From NCBI GenBank assembly GCA_965215515.1, contig OZ244057.1, positions 768,001 through 832,000 on the forward strand: a stretch of 64,000 bases of DNA. Reading direction: 5' to 3'. A program made the position numbers and the translations under genes. The notes beneath the pieces were generated by a model, which saw nothing but the letters and a program-made list of their open reading frames with translations, was not told the origin of the DNA and searched no databases. This document shows positions 9,678 through 19,384 of the stretch, one piece after another (within the stretch, counting starts at the first letter, position 1; each line of letters opens with the position of its first letter). Source of the stretch: Oligoflexales bacterium. GTDB taxonomy: Bacteria > Bdellovibrionota_B > Oligoflexia > Oligoflexales > JAPPIL01.

Positions 9678-10715
9678 CTAGCGGGGCAGGTAAATTCCAC
9701 CCAGCACACCTTCGCGCACGGTAGGCTCACCTCGGACGACGAAACTGCATTTGATGCCACGAAAGTCTTTGAACCATCGCTGTTGCTTGAAAAGCGCCAG
9801 AAGCTCGCGACAGGTGCGGTTTAAGTCGCGTCCTGACAGAGCTTTTGCGATCTGCAAGCGCAACAGGATACCGATACCATCAGGCGTGAGAATGGTGTTG
9901 ACGAAGAGCACCTCATGCTTGCTGGCAACTTGGGTAATTTGTGCCCGCCACTGTGCTGTCGGCATCGTTTGCTGCTGAGCCTTGTGTAGGACAAGGCGTT
10001 GCGGGAAACGCAGAAAGGGGCTGTCTTGCAGGAGTTTTTGCGTGATATCAAACAGTGCCCAAGCCAACATCGGGGTGTGTTGCGCTTGCATGGCTTTGCC
10101 GAGCCAGTCGTTGAAATCAAGACCGAGATGCGTCCACTGGCGAGTATGCAGCGCGCCGATGACCCACTTCCCGCGCACCATAACCAGCGGCACGACGATA
10201 CGACCGAGTTCTTTCTTGCCCACTACCGATAGCCACAAAAAGTATTGCAGTTCGTAGCCGTACAGGGGTTTGAGATACAGTGTGTCCGCCGCGCAGTGCA
10301 GTTCGTCCACCGTCTGTGCGGGACGTAGCTCCCAGAGACGGGTAACATTGATCGTCAACGGGGTGCGGTAGATGAAACGCAGACGTTGGAAAAATACACC
10401 GAGATCAACCGTTTTGCTGCGTTGCAGACGAGGGTGCAGCAGTGCCTGCAAGGCCTTGCTGTCCTCTTTCTTGATCGCCGTGAGTGTCGCCGTGATCAGT
10501 TTGTTGACCGCGGGATCAACTGCGCTGAAAGAAGTCATGCTGCTGTTAGCTAGCGGGCGACACGTTCTGGTTACGGGAGTAGGGGTGGTCACGGGTTCTG
10601 GCGCGGCCGCGTCCACCCTGACTGCCCCGACACACAGCAGGAGGAAGTACCGTGCACTAGCCGCAGAGGTCATAATCGATTTCCCCACTGGTGCGCAGCG
10701 TGCAGCTGCCGTCAT
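9678..10715 (-). CDS. Hypothetical exported protein
   Basis: 345-aa ORF with a hydrophobic signal-like segment, fills the purN-greA gap. Start uncertain. Confidence 0.6.
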   Translation of the reverse strand: MTAAARCAPVGKSIMTSAASARYFLLLCVGAVRVDAAAPEPVTTPTPVTRTCRPLANSSMTSFSAVDPAVNKLITATLTAIKKEDSKALQALLHPRLQRSKTVDLGVFFQRLRFIYRTPLTINVTRLWELRPAQTVDELHCAADTLYLKPLYGYELQYFLWLSVVGKKELGRIVVPLVMVRGKWVIGALHTRQWTHLGLDFNDWLGKAMQAQHTPMLAWALFDITQKLLQDSPFLRFPQRLVLHKAQQQTMPTAQWRAQITQVASKHEVLFVNTILTPDGIGILLRLQIAKALSGRDLNRTCRELLALFKQQRWFKDFRGIKCSFVVRGEPTVREGVLGGIYLPR

Positions 10716-11319
10716 TTTCTGCGTCGTATTGCTGCGGTGGTGCTTCGCACCAGTCGTTGCGGACGAGAAAATCTATTGTGCGCGGGTAGAGCAGACATTC
10801 GGCGGCAAACACTTTGTCCTGCACGGCATCCACACTACCGCAGGCTGAAATATCGACGACAATCTGTGAGATGACGCGCCCTTCATCGTAACCATCGGTG
10901 ACTAGATGCACGGTTGCCCCTGACTGTTTGCATCCTGCTGCGAACACTTTCTCGTGTACATGCCGACCGAACATGCCTTTGCCGCCAAACGATGGTAGCA
11001 GCGAGGGATGAATACTGATCGTACGTGCCGCGAACGCGGGGATGTCGGGGAAATGGCGGGTGAAACCAGCCAGCACGACGGCATCGACCGCGAGGTGTTT
11101 GAGCCAGTTGTTCATTGTGGTGACGGTCTCAATGCGGTCGAAGTTGAGTACCGATGCGGGTAAACCCTCGTCGTAGGCGTATTTCAAGCCTGCGGCGTAG
11201 GGTGACGAAGAAAAAACTCCGCAGATGGTGTAGCCATGCTCCGCCTGGCAGGCCAGGAGGTTCTGCAAAGAACGTCCTCGCCCTGAAATTCCCACTACGA
11301 TCTTGCTCATATCATGCAC
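10657..11319 (-). CDS. purN: Phosphoribosylglycinamide formyltransferase
   Basis: ISGRGRSLQNLL, VLAGF, IHPSLLPSFGGKG and SGATVHLVTDGYDEG motifs. Confidence 0.92.
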   Translation of the reverse strand: MHDMSKIVVGISGRGRSLQNLLACQAEHGYTICGVFSSSPYAAGLKYAYDEGLPASVLNFDRIETVTTMNNWLKHLAVDAVVLAGFTRHFPDIPAFAARTISIHPSLLPSFGGKGMFGRHVHEKVFAAGCKQSGATVHLVTDGYDEGRVISQIVVDISACGSVDAVQDKVFAAECLLYPRTIDFLVRNDWCEAPPQQYDAENDGSCTLRTSGEIDYDLCG

Positions 11320-12298
11320 AACTACCCTCCTTCATCGTGAATACATGTGGTTTGCGATCTACTATTCCGTGCCAAAATGACCAGGCATCCGCGGTGCGTC
11401 GTCCTGCCAGCTGCAAATGTGTCACAACCACCATCCCTCCGCCTGTGTTGACACACAGCGATTTTGTGTGGCGTTCGCAGGTGAATGCACCGCAGGACGT
11501 TGACGGTGCTGTTGCGGGACGGGGGGATGCCATCTCTTTCAGGATAACACGCCGCCCCTGAAAAAAGGTAAAAGTTTCAGGCCATCCATAACAGGCTAGA
11601 AACTGCTGATAAATTGCACTTGCCTTGCTTTGCCAGGCGACCAACCCATCCTTCTTGCCAACCTTCCTGCATCGGCTCACCTGTCGCGGGTCTTGAGGAG
11701 TGCCGTGAAAATCTGGATCACGCAGTAGTTTGAAGGTTGTCGGTAGCAGTTCCGCACCTGTGCGAAACAGCAGCGCGGTCAGGTCACGGTGATGGGTGTG
11801 GGCGGGCAGAGCCAACGCCTGCTGCACGATGATATTGCCTGCATCGACCTCACGCACCGTGAAGCAGATGGTCACACCGCTGGCTGTCGCTCCTTCCCGC
11901 ACTGCGGCGACTACGGGGGCAGCACCGCGCCAGCGCGGCAACAGCGAGGGGTGAATGTTGATAACTGCACGCGTGGGGATGGCAAGGAATTCGGCGGTGA
12001 GGATTTGCCCGTACGCGGCGGTCAGAATTACGTCTGGCTGTAGGGCGCGCAACTGCGCCATGAATGCGGGAGCACTGGCTTGCTGAGGCTGGTAGCAGGC
12101 TATGCGCTGTGCTTTGGCAAAGAGTGAGACGGGGCTTTCAACCTCTCTCAAGCCGCGCTGTCCACGTCGTAGCTGGCTGACCACCCCGATCAGGGTGATA
12201 GCGCCGCGTTGCTGTAATAGTTGGAGCTTTTCCACTACCGTGATCACTTCAGGCGGCGACCCCATGAACAGCACTCGCATCGACATTCCCTCGTCCAC
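11312..12298 (-). CDS. fmt: Methionyl-tRNA formyltransferase
   Basis: MRVLFMGSP, AAYGQIL, NIHPSLLPRWRGAAP and VDAGNI motifs plus the C-terminal domain. Confidence 0.95.
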   Translation of the reverse strand: MDEGMSMRVLFMGSPPEVITVVEKLQLLQQRGAITLIGVVSQLRRGQRGLREVESPVSLFAKAQRIACYQPQQASAPAFMAQLRALQPDVILTAAYGQILTAEFLAIPTRAVINIHPSLLPRWRGAAPVVAAVREGATASGVTICFTVREVDAGNIIVQQALALPAHTHHRDLTALLFRTGAELLPTTFKLLRDPDFHGTPQDPRQVSRCRKVGKKDGLVAWQSKASAIYQQFLACYGWPETFTFFQGRRVILKEMASPRPATAPSTSCGAFTCERHTKSLCVNTGGGMVVVTHLQLAGRRTADAWSFWHGIVDRKPHVFTMKEGSCA

Positions 12299-12479
12299 AC
12301 ACGCCCCACCGTCAAGTGTCGTGCATGTACCAAAAAAACAGAAATCAGGGGCTGGCCTAGCGCAACGCTATCCCCTTTCTGTCACGGTGTCAAGTTTTAT
12401 TGCCCGCCATTGTTCAGCACACTTTGTTTTGGGCAAGTTTTCTGCTAGAATGGCTGTTCGGGTAAGAGAGGGTAATGCG

Positions 12480-13775
12480 GTGAGCGACAAGGATTTTCCC
12501 ACCCCCGAGCAGGTGCAGAGGGAGTTTGAGCGTTTTGTCAAGGAACGTTTTGGTGGCAGGGTGCAGATTTTCGCCCAACAGATGGAGCGGGCGGGCGGTG
12601 ACGACGATGAGGACGAAGACGAGGACGAGGAGGAGCAGGAAAGCACCAGCTTTTCCTTCAACCTCAAGCCAAAGGACATCAAAGCGCATCTCGATCGTTA
12701 TGTCATCAGACAGGACGAAGCCAAGAAGGCGTTGGCAATTGCAGTTTGCGACCATTACAACCATGTGCAGGAAGATCTACGCCGCAAGGATTACGAGTAC
12801 TACAAGCAGAACATCATGATTCTGGGGCCGACGGGGGTGGGCAAGACCTATCTTATCAGGCAGATTGCGCGCTTGATCGGCATTCCTTTCGTGAAGGCGG
12901 ATGCTACGCGTTTCACTGAGACGGGTTATGTGGGGGCAAACGTCGAGGATCTCGTGCGTGATCTCGTTTCGCAGGCGAACAACGATGTGCACACCGCACA
13001 GTATGGTATCGTTTACATCGATGAGATCGATAAACTTGCGTCGGCTTTAAGCGGCTACGGGCGAGACATCAGCGGTCGCGGTGTGCAGATCGGTTTGTTG
13101 AAACTGATGGAGGAGACCGAGATAGATCTGCGGGCGGGGAACGATGTTGCCTCGCAGATGCAGGCGATGATGGAGTTTCAGCGCAAGGGTAAGGTGGAGA
13201 AGCAAGTAATCAACACCCGCCACATTTTGTTCGTAGTCAGTGGTGCGTTCAACGAGCTGAAAGATCCGATCAAGACTCGTCTCAACAAAAACAGCATCGG
13301 CTTCAAGACGGAAGATCATCGTCATGGCGACGATGATCTGTTGAGTTTGGCGACGACGCAGGATTTCATCGATTTTGGTTTCGAGCCAGAGTTTATCGGT
13401 CGTATTCCTATCAGGGTCAGTTGTTGTAACCTTTCCAGCGGTGATCTTTACGATGTGCTAAAGTATTCGGAAGGCTCGATTATCAAGCAGTATCAGCGTA
13501 ATTTTCGTGCTTACGGGATCGATGCCACCTTCACCGACAAGGCTTTGCAGCGTATTGCGGAGCGTGCCTATCAAGAGAAAACAGGTGCACGTGGGATCAT
13601 GACGGTCTGTGAAGATATCTTGCGTGATTTTAAGTTTGAGCTTCCCTCAACGGACATCGATCGCTTCGTCATCACTCCCGCGGTGTGCAATAACCCCCAG
13701 GCGGAGTTGCGCAAACTGCTGAAAAAACGTGCGGCCCGAAAAATGCCGCTCATCCGTCCCAGTGTTGAGGGTTAG
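12480..13775 (+). CDS. ClpX-like AAA+ ATPase lacking the N-terminal zinc finger
   Basis: PKDIKAHLDRYVIRQDEAKKALAIAV, GPTGVGKT, DATRFTETGYVG, YIDEIDKL, IGF loop, TGARG. Likely start GTG 12480 because the upstream extension overlaps fmt. Confidence 0.88.
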   Translation: MSDKDFPTPEQVQREFERFVKERFGGRVQIFAQQMERAGGDDDEDEDEDEEEQESTSFSFNLKPKDIKAHLDRYVIRQDEAKKALAIAVCDHYNHVQEDLRRKDYEYYKQNIMILGPTGVGKTYLIRQIARLIGIPFVKADATRFTETGYVGANVEDLVRDLVSQANNDVHTAQYGIVYIDEIDKLASALSGYGRDISGRGVQIGLLKLMEETEIDLRAGNDVASQMQAMMEFQRKGKVEKQVINTRHILFVVSGAFNELKDPIKTRLNKNSIGFKTEDHRHGDDDLLSLATTQDFIDFGFEPEFIGRIPIRVSCCNLSSGDLYDVLKYSEGSIIKQYQRNFRAYGIDATFTDKALQRIAERAYQEKTGARGIMTVCEDILRDFKFELPSTDIDRFVITPAVCNNPQAELRKLLKKRAARKMPLIRPSVEG

Positions 13776-13859
13776 TGGCCTCGCCTTCTTCGTGTAGTTG
13801 TTGTTTTTGTACCGCTTGTGAGCATTTTGACTTCGGCGTAGCATGGATAGTAACGGGCT

Positions 13860-14507
13860 TTGTGCTATGCGATGGGGTGGAGAACGGTGGGCAAGCATAT
13901 CTTTACCTATGCTGATCCTGTCCCTGAACGTCATCTCACAGAGATATGTCAGGTACTGGAAAAGGGTGGGGTGGTGGCGTATCCGACCGATGTCAATTGG
14001 GCACTCGGTTGCGATGCCAGTAGTACTAGGGCGGTAGGAAAAATGCGGCGCATCAAGCGTGTTCACCCGAAAAGCCAGCCTTTCAGCCTCATCTGTGCTG
14101 GTATGTCGATGGCAAGCAAGGTTGCCAACATCGATAACCGTGCCTATAAGGTGCTGAAAAAGCTTTTGCCTGGTGCGTACACTGTCATCCTCAAGAGCAA
14201 TCGTTCTTTGGCGCGCCAGATCAAAGACAAGCGCCTCAACGTAGGTATTCGCATTCCGCGCTGTGCCGTATTGAGTGCGATCACGGCGCGTTTAGACAGG
14301 CCGTTAGCGACGACCTCCATGCTGACAGACGGTGATCAGGAGTTGCGTTTCGGCTATGAAATTCAAGAAAAATATGGACATGCGCTTGATTTAGTCATCG
14401 ATCTCGGCACAGAAATCAGTCCCGCAGAAACGACGATCATTGATCTTACCACCGAGATACCTTTAGTTGTGCGCAAGGGTGTCGGAGATGTCGATGTGGG
14501 TTTTTGA
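13860..14507 (+). CDS. Sua5/YrdC/YciO family threonylcarbamoyl-AMP synthase-like protein
   Basis: GGVVAYPTD, LLPGAYTVIL, VGIRIP, PLATTS and TTIIDLT motifs. Start may be GTG 13887. Confidence 0.9.
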   Translation: MCYAMGWRTVGKHIFTYADPVPERHLTEICQVLEKGGVVAYPTDVNWALGCDASSTRAVGKMRRIKRVHPKSQPFSLICAGMSMASKVANIDNRAYKVLKKLLPGAYTVILKSNRSLARQIKDKRLNVGIRIPRCAVLSAITARLDRPLATTSMLTDGDQELRFGYEIQEKYGHALDLVIDLGTEISPAETTIIDLTTEIPLVVRKGVGDVDVGF

Positions 14508-15141
14508 GACAGTAGATCTCGGCATCATTGACTGGCCTGCTGCACTACGAGCACAGCTTGTCTATGCTCAACGTGCGGTGCAGGGCGAATATTTTTTATT
14601 ACTTGCCGAGCACCCACCCGTGTTGACACTGGGACGCAACGCTGACCCTCGCAACATCAAGATAAGCGTTGCGGAAGCGGCGCGGCGTGGCATTGCCGTA
14701 CATAGCAGTGAGCGAGGCGGGGATGTGACGGCTCACGTGTGGGGGCAGATCGTCCTGTACCCGATTTTGCGCCTCGCCAAGCCGCGGGGAGTACGTGCTT
14801 ACATCGAGGCGTTGGAGCAGACCGCGATGCGGGTGTTGCAGCGTTACGGAATTGCGGCGCGGGTGCGACGAGGTCTGCCAGGGGTGTGGGTGGGGAAGGA
14901 GAAGATCGCTTTCATCGGTATTCGTATCAAGAATCGTGTTACCCAGCATGGGTTGGCACTGAACGTCAACAATGACCTGGACTTGTTTGAGCTTATCGTT
15001 CCCTGTGGTTTACCCGCGGTCTCAGTAACTTCCATGCGCAAGTTGTTGGGACGGGAACTGCCCCTGACAGAGGTGAAGAACAGTCTGCGTGCTTGTTTCG
15101 TGGCGGTGTTGGCAGAAGCAAACGTGCCTGTGTTAGAATAG
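14494..15141 (+). CDS. lipB: Octanoyltransferase LipB
   Basis: EHPPVLTLGR, RGGDVTAH, KIAFIG, HGLALNV and IVPCG motifs. Confidence 0.95.
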   Translation: MWVFETVDLGIIDWPAALRAQLVYAQRAVQGEYFLLLAEHPPVLTLGRNADPRNIKISVAEAARRGIAVHSSERGGDVTAHVWGQIVLYPILRLAKPRGVRAYIEALEQTAMRVLQRYGIAARVRRGLPGVWVGKEKIAFIGIRIKNRVTQHGLALNVNNDLDLFELIVPCGLPAVSVTSMRKLLGRELPLTEVKNSLRACFVAVLAEANVPVLE

Positions 15142-15146
15142 AAGGA

Positions 15147-15404
15147 ATGGGTTTGCACGAGGAGACCATGACTGACAATGTCGCCTATGCTACGGGGCTA
15201 GCGACGTGTTGCCTACAGACGGTGGCTATTCACGGCAAGCATAACACGATGATGACTTGCCCCACCTGTGCGAAGATCATCAAATCCTTTCGTGATGCCC
15301 CTGCATTTCGCAACTACCGCCAATTCTGTCTGTCGCAGGGGCGCAAGTTTGCCGAGGCAGAAGAGGCAAGCTACCACCTCATCGCTTTCGATCGCCCTGT
15401 TTAA
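15147..15404 (+). CDS. Small hypothetical Cys-containing protein
   Basis: About 85 aa, with CC and CPTC motifs, directly after lipB. Start 15147 or 15168. Confidence 0.55.
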   Translation: MGLHEETMTDNVAYATGLATCCLQTVAIHGKHNTMMTCPTCAKIIKSFRDAPAFRNYRQFCLSQGRKFAEAEEASYHLIAFDRPV

Positions 15405-15432
15405 TCTTTACCTAATTTTTTCGTTGCGCGGC

Positions 15433-15459
15433 TAAAATTTACGCCCATTACGCCGACAA
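15433..15459 (+). promoter_or_regulatory. Putative sigma28 (FliA-type) promoter
   Basis: TAAA-N15-GCCGACAA, one mismatch to TAAA-N15-GCCGATAA, 35 nt upstream of ATG 15495. Confidence 0.5.
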
Positions 15460-15494
15460 CGCTGACAGGACGCGGCTTGTCGTACGTGTGAGTC

Positions 15495-16334
15495 ATGGCA
15501 GAGAAGTGGTATATCGTTGAACAGTTTGGCAAGGTCGGGCCTTTTTCGCTGCAAGACATGTTGAGTAGCGTGGAGAGGGGGGATTACGATTACTCGATCA
15601 CGGTGGAGTCGGCAACCACGCAACAACGCACTACCCTTACCGAGCTTATCGCCAAGAAGAAAAAAGCACGTCGCGCCAAGAAGAAACGCGCTGATGCAGA
15701 TGCAACTCGCATCGTGCCAAGTGAGAGACGACGCAATCTCGAAGTCATCGGCTCACCTTCTGCTGAGGGTAATGTATCTCCCGAGCCGAACCGCAGAGGA
15801 AAAACCACCGCTGAGCATGCCAGTAGTCTCAGCCACACGAACAGGAGATACCGTCTTCCGCGTGACAACAGCAGATCGCTGTTAGTGATACCAGCCATGC
15901 TCGCGGGTGGTGTCGTCTCGTTGGCATTGTTTTACGGGGTGCAAAAACTCACCGTCGCAGGTGAAGGAGGTTCAGAGACAACCGCCAATATCGTTGACTT
16001 ACCGCTTGACCCAGAGGAATTTACCCCTATCGACACTTATGAGACAGAAAAAGGTGGGGGAAGGAAACCCAAGGCCCTAGACATCAAAACGGCGCGCAGG
16101 AAGAGCAACCAAGTCGTGTTGCTCGGCCCTCTGTCCTTCAGCAAATCAGAACTTTATCGCTGTCGTGTCAAATGCAAAATTGAGTTCAAGGACACCCGTG
16201 GCAGCCATATTACGGGGGTGTTTTTTGCTCAAGCCTTCAAGAACGAGTTGTTAAAACGCACGCGCCGTGTGCTGGTTAAAGGGCGGATTTCCGCTGATGG
16301 CAGGGAGTTGTATTTGCAAAGCATCAGCCCCTAG
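15495..16334 (+). CDS. Membrane-anchored protein with N-terminal GYF_2/DUF4339-like domain
   Basis: WYIVEQFGKVGPFSLQDM N-terminus, disordered linker, one TM helix, possible OB-like C-terminal domain. Confidence 0.6.
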   Translation: MAEKWYIVEQFGKVGPFSLQDMLSSVERGDYDYSITVESATTQQRTTLTELIAKKKKARRAKKKRADADATRIVPSERRRNLEVIGSPSAEGNVSPEPNRRGKTTAEHASSLSHTNRRYRLPRDNSRSLLVIPAMLAGGVVSLALFYGVQKLTVAGEGGSETTANIVDLPLDPEEFTPIDTYETEKGGGRKPKALDIKTARRKSNQVVLLGPLSFSKSELYRCRVKCKIEFKDTRGSHITGVFFAQAFKNELLKRTRRVLVKGRISADGRELYLQSISP

Positions 16335-16362
16335 TGCCATGATTTTTGTCACGAGAACGAGT

Positions 16363-16938
16363 TCACCGCAGTGTCCACAACTCTTCCTTCACCCTAAAGG
16401 CGTGTAGGATGTGGCGAGCGAGAGCGAAACACCAATCACTGAGGCGATTGAGATAGGCGATCAGTTCTGGACGCAGCGGGTAATCCCCCCGCAGCAAAAC
16501 ACACAGTTTACGTTCCGCCCGCCGACAGACAGTACGACAGATATGCACCCGCGACACAAGCACATGACCACGGGGGAGAACGAAATTGCGCAACGGCGGC
16601 AACGGTGCGATGAACGCGTCGATCTCCGCCTCCAAGCGCTCTATGTCAGCCGCAACAAGCTCTTGCCTCTTCCCCCGCATGCGTGGCAGGGCGGCGATCT
16701 CCGTACCGAGCTTGAACAACTCATGCTGAATGCGCTGCAACGACACGAGCGGCTCCCTCCACGCCCACTCGTCGTGCACCTGCAAGCTGTCATGCAGCAG
16801 ACCGACGTGGGCATTCAACTCATCGACCGTGCCATACGCACAGACAAGTGCATCATCCTTGCCCACCCGTGTGCCTGTTGCCAGTGCCGTCTTGCCCTCA
16901 TCACCGCCACGGGTATACAGGGGTGGTTGCTTCGCCAT
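16363..16938 (-). CDS. PduO-type cob(I)alamin adenosyltransferase
   Basis: YTRGGDEGKT, YGTVDELNA, RTVCRRAER and YLNRLSD motifs. Confidence 0.93.
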   Translation of the reverse strand: MAKQPPLYTRGGDEGKTALATGTRVGKDDALVCAYGTVDELNAHVGLLHDSLQVHDEWAWREPLVSLQRIQHELFKLGTEIAALPRMRGKRQELVAADIERLEAEIDAFIAPLPPLRNFVLPRGHVLVSRVHICRTVCRRAERKLCVLLRGDYPLRPELIAYLNRLSDWCFALARHILHAFRVKEELWTLR

Positions 16939-16995
16939 CGCTACCGACCAGTCGCCACGCACGTGAGCACAACAGTCCTCCAAATTACAGTACCG

Positions 16996-18078
16996 TCAGA
17001 CACCGAGATAGAACGACAACCCTAACACCAGCGAGAACACATGATGGCCATGCTCGAGAGCAGCCTCGATGTCGGCGACCATCTTCTCCTTGTCGTTCCC
17101 GTATTCCTCCAGCAATTCGCTATCACGCGGCTCGCCGTCCAGCTTGAAGGAACTGCTGATGGTCAGCGGGGAGATGATCGCGGTGACACCCAGCCCCAGT
17201 CCGTATACACCCATCGAGAAGTCTTTGCGCGCGGAAAAGCGCACGGAAGCTACGCTCGCGCTAGATTTACCCACAAAGGCATCTTCTGTCACTATTTTTT
17301 CCACCACTACTCTGTCACTCACCGTTTCATCCCTCATGCGCGTCGTGTCGATACTGACACTGGACATGGTAAACTCTCCCCCTAGCGCGAGCCTGAGATC
17401 GAAATCGGGAACATGCAGAAGAAAAAAGTCAAGCCAGAAGTTTATCTCATGGCTCTTATACTCCGAAGAATAGTGTTCGTCCGATCCCTCTTTAAGAATG
17501 TCGACGGTAGCGCGCGGTGACGTGTTGATGAGCGTCCAGCGTCCCCCCATCGCAATCGACATCGTCGGTGTGATGAATATTTCGCCCTCCGCCCCACCGC
17601 TGCCCCACGGAAACCTGCGTGCTAGCCAGCTCTCTATCTGGTCATTTTCGGCGACTCTTGCATCAGACAGGGGTAGAAAAGGACCATCTGTGTTTTCGCC
17701 TTCCTCGATAGTGTTGAGATAATTGAACTGTGAACGCGCCATGAGACCAGGAGTATAGAGAAGGCGAAAGATAAAGCTGTGACCGCCAGCAGCACCACCT
17801 CTACCGCCACCGCCGTCGACCTCGTGGGTCATGCCCTTCTTCAAGCGGCGGAAGCGTTTCTTGCTCTTGACCCTGACGTAAGACTTGTCTTCCTTCACCT
17901 TCACCACCTTGCCGCACGCTCGCTTGCGGCCGCTGGCACTGTAAAAGCACACCTTATCGCCCTTGCTGACATCGCTATCGTCGATGACCACAACACGGCG
18001 CTTATTCAGCAACTTGGTAATCGCTGCCTGAACCTCGCTGCTGAAAAAAATAAGTAACACAAATGCCGCAAGCCTCAT
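16996..18078 (-). CDS. Hypothetical exported protein, possible outer-membrane beta-barrel
   Basis: Signal peptide, basic small N-terminal domain, Gly linker, alternating beta-strand patterns to the C-terminus. Confidence 0.6.
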   Translation of the reverse strand: MRLAAFVLLIFFSSEVQAAITKLLNKRRVVVIDDSDVSKGDKVCFYSASGRKRACGKVVKVKEDKSYVRVKSKKRFRRLKKGMTHEVDGGGGRGGAAGGHSFIFRLLYTPGLMARSQFNYLNTIEEGENTDGPFLPLSDARVAENDQIESWLARRFPWGSGGAEGEIFITPTMSIAMGGRWTLINTSPRATVDILKEGSDEHYSSEYKSHEINFWLDFFLLHVPDFDLRLALGGEFTMSSVSIDTTRMRDETVSDRVVVEKIVTEDAFVGKSSASVASVRFSARKDFSMGVYGLGLGVTAIISPLTISSSFKLDGEPRDSELLEEYGNDKEKMVADIEAALEHGHHVFSLVLGLSFYLGV

Positions 18079-18102
18079 CCTGAAGTACTCCCCGCAACGG
18101 GC

Positions 18103-19167
18103 TTACCGTTTTGCAATCGTTCCCTGTCGCCAGTCATGTGCGTCTACCAACCACGATGCAGACACTGTACCAAAAATATCTACCCTCTGCGTCGAGTGCA
18201 ACTGCACCAGCATGGTATAGTCACCCGCTGGTAATTGTTGCAAAAACTCGCCATCCAGCTCCATCCTTCCATCCTTGGGGTCGGCAAAACACTCACCTTG
18301 TGCCCCCTTATCGTCACCAGTGAAGGAAATACTGAGGCGCATTTTAGGGGTGGGGTTGGCGATTTTCCACCGCACCTCGACAGGTGCGTTCACCTTGCCA
18401 AGTCTCCGCTGCGTCATCAGAGTACCGACGAGGGCGAAGTCGCCATGTCCCCCATCGATGCTCACCGCACGCAACCGTGCGGGCGGCTTGAGCGTGAACA
18501 GCGTCTCTATCTCGGCAAGCACGTAGCGGAAATCCCATTCCTGCTCGTCGGCAAAATCTTCGTAGTTTAAACGCACATAGTTTGCGTCGTGAGCATGATA
18601 CCGTGCCGATGCCTCCCCAAAGCCAACGGTCGCTAGCTCGGTAATACCGAATGGCACCGCAGCATGCTTGAAAACCTCGTCCCCACCAGACGTAGCCCGA
18701 CAACCAGACACAGTCGCGGCGTGCTCGGGCATAGGCATGCCCTCAACTTGCACCACCTCCGCAGTCATCAGAGGAACGTTGAGCTTGAGGCGGAAATCAT
18801 GCTCCCCCCGCCGCACTCCCCGCCAGGTGTAGGTGCGTTGACTGGCCTCGCCCCCTTCAGGGCGCAGATGCAACACGAGCTCCTGCCTACGGGCGGGGTC
18901 AAGTTTCCCCAACTGTGCCTGCCACGTGCTCTTGCTCGCCGCAGGCTTGTTGCACGCATAGCTGGTATTATCCATCACGACATCACATTGCAACGCGAGC
19001 TCGGAACGAAAAGCAAAAGTTACCGCCCCATCCACCGAGATAAACTGCACGCTACTATCGAGCGCATCCCCCCGCCTGCTCTGTACTTTGCAGTTGCTCA
19101 TAAACAACGAAAAAATAAACAAAACCAAATATAAACAACCGCCATCGCCAGCCGTACAAAAGGCCAA
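18103..19167 (-). CDS. Hypothetical (lipo)protein
   Basis: 354-aa ORF with a hydrophobic segment ending FMSNC. Start uncertain. Confidence 0.6.
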   Translation of the reverse strand: MAFCTAGDGGCLYLVLFIFSLFMSNCKVQSRRGDALDSSVQFISVDGAVTFAFRSELALQCDVVMDNTSYACNKPAASKSTWQAQLGKLDPARRQELVLHLRPEGGEASQRTYTWRGVRRGEHDFRLKLNVPLMTAEVVQVEGMPMPEHAATVSGCRATSGGDEVFKHAAVPFGITELATVGFGEASARYHAHDANYVRLNYEDFADEQEWDFRYVLAEIETLFTLKPPARLRAVSIDGGHGDFALVGTLMTQRRLGKVNAPVEVRWKIANPTPKMRLSISFTGDDKGAQGECFADPKDGRMELDGEFLQQLPAGDYTMLVQLHSTQRVDIFGTVSASWLVDAHDWRQGTIAKR

Positions 19168-19364
19168 ACACCTCCTCCATCGCCCATCATCAAGACAAAC
19201 AAGTGCTGGTTATATTTTAACAAACCGTAGAGCTGTTGCAAAATCTGCGAGTGCCAAAGGTTTGGTTGTCGGTATCAACGCGATACTTTTGCTACGCCGC
19301 TTTGAACACAACCTTTGTATGGTATTGTAATAATTAAAATTCGTATATTGACAATGTTTATGTG

Positions 19365-19384
19365 TGTAGATGCCCCCGTAAAAA
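19365..19384 (+). repeat. Isolated 20-bp copy of the IS3-family terminal inverted repeat
   Basis: TGTAGATGCCCCCGTAAAAA is identical to the reverse complement of 53546-53565. Confidence 0.8.

Noticed and set aside
12102..12479. Long N-terminal extension of the ClpX-like ORF
   Set aside because: It overlaps fmt on the opposite strand and the divergent promoter region; a later GTG start is more plausible.
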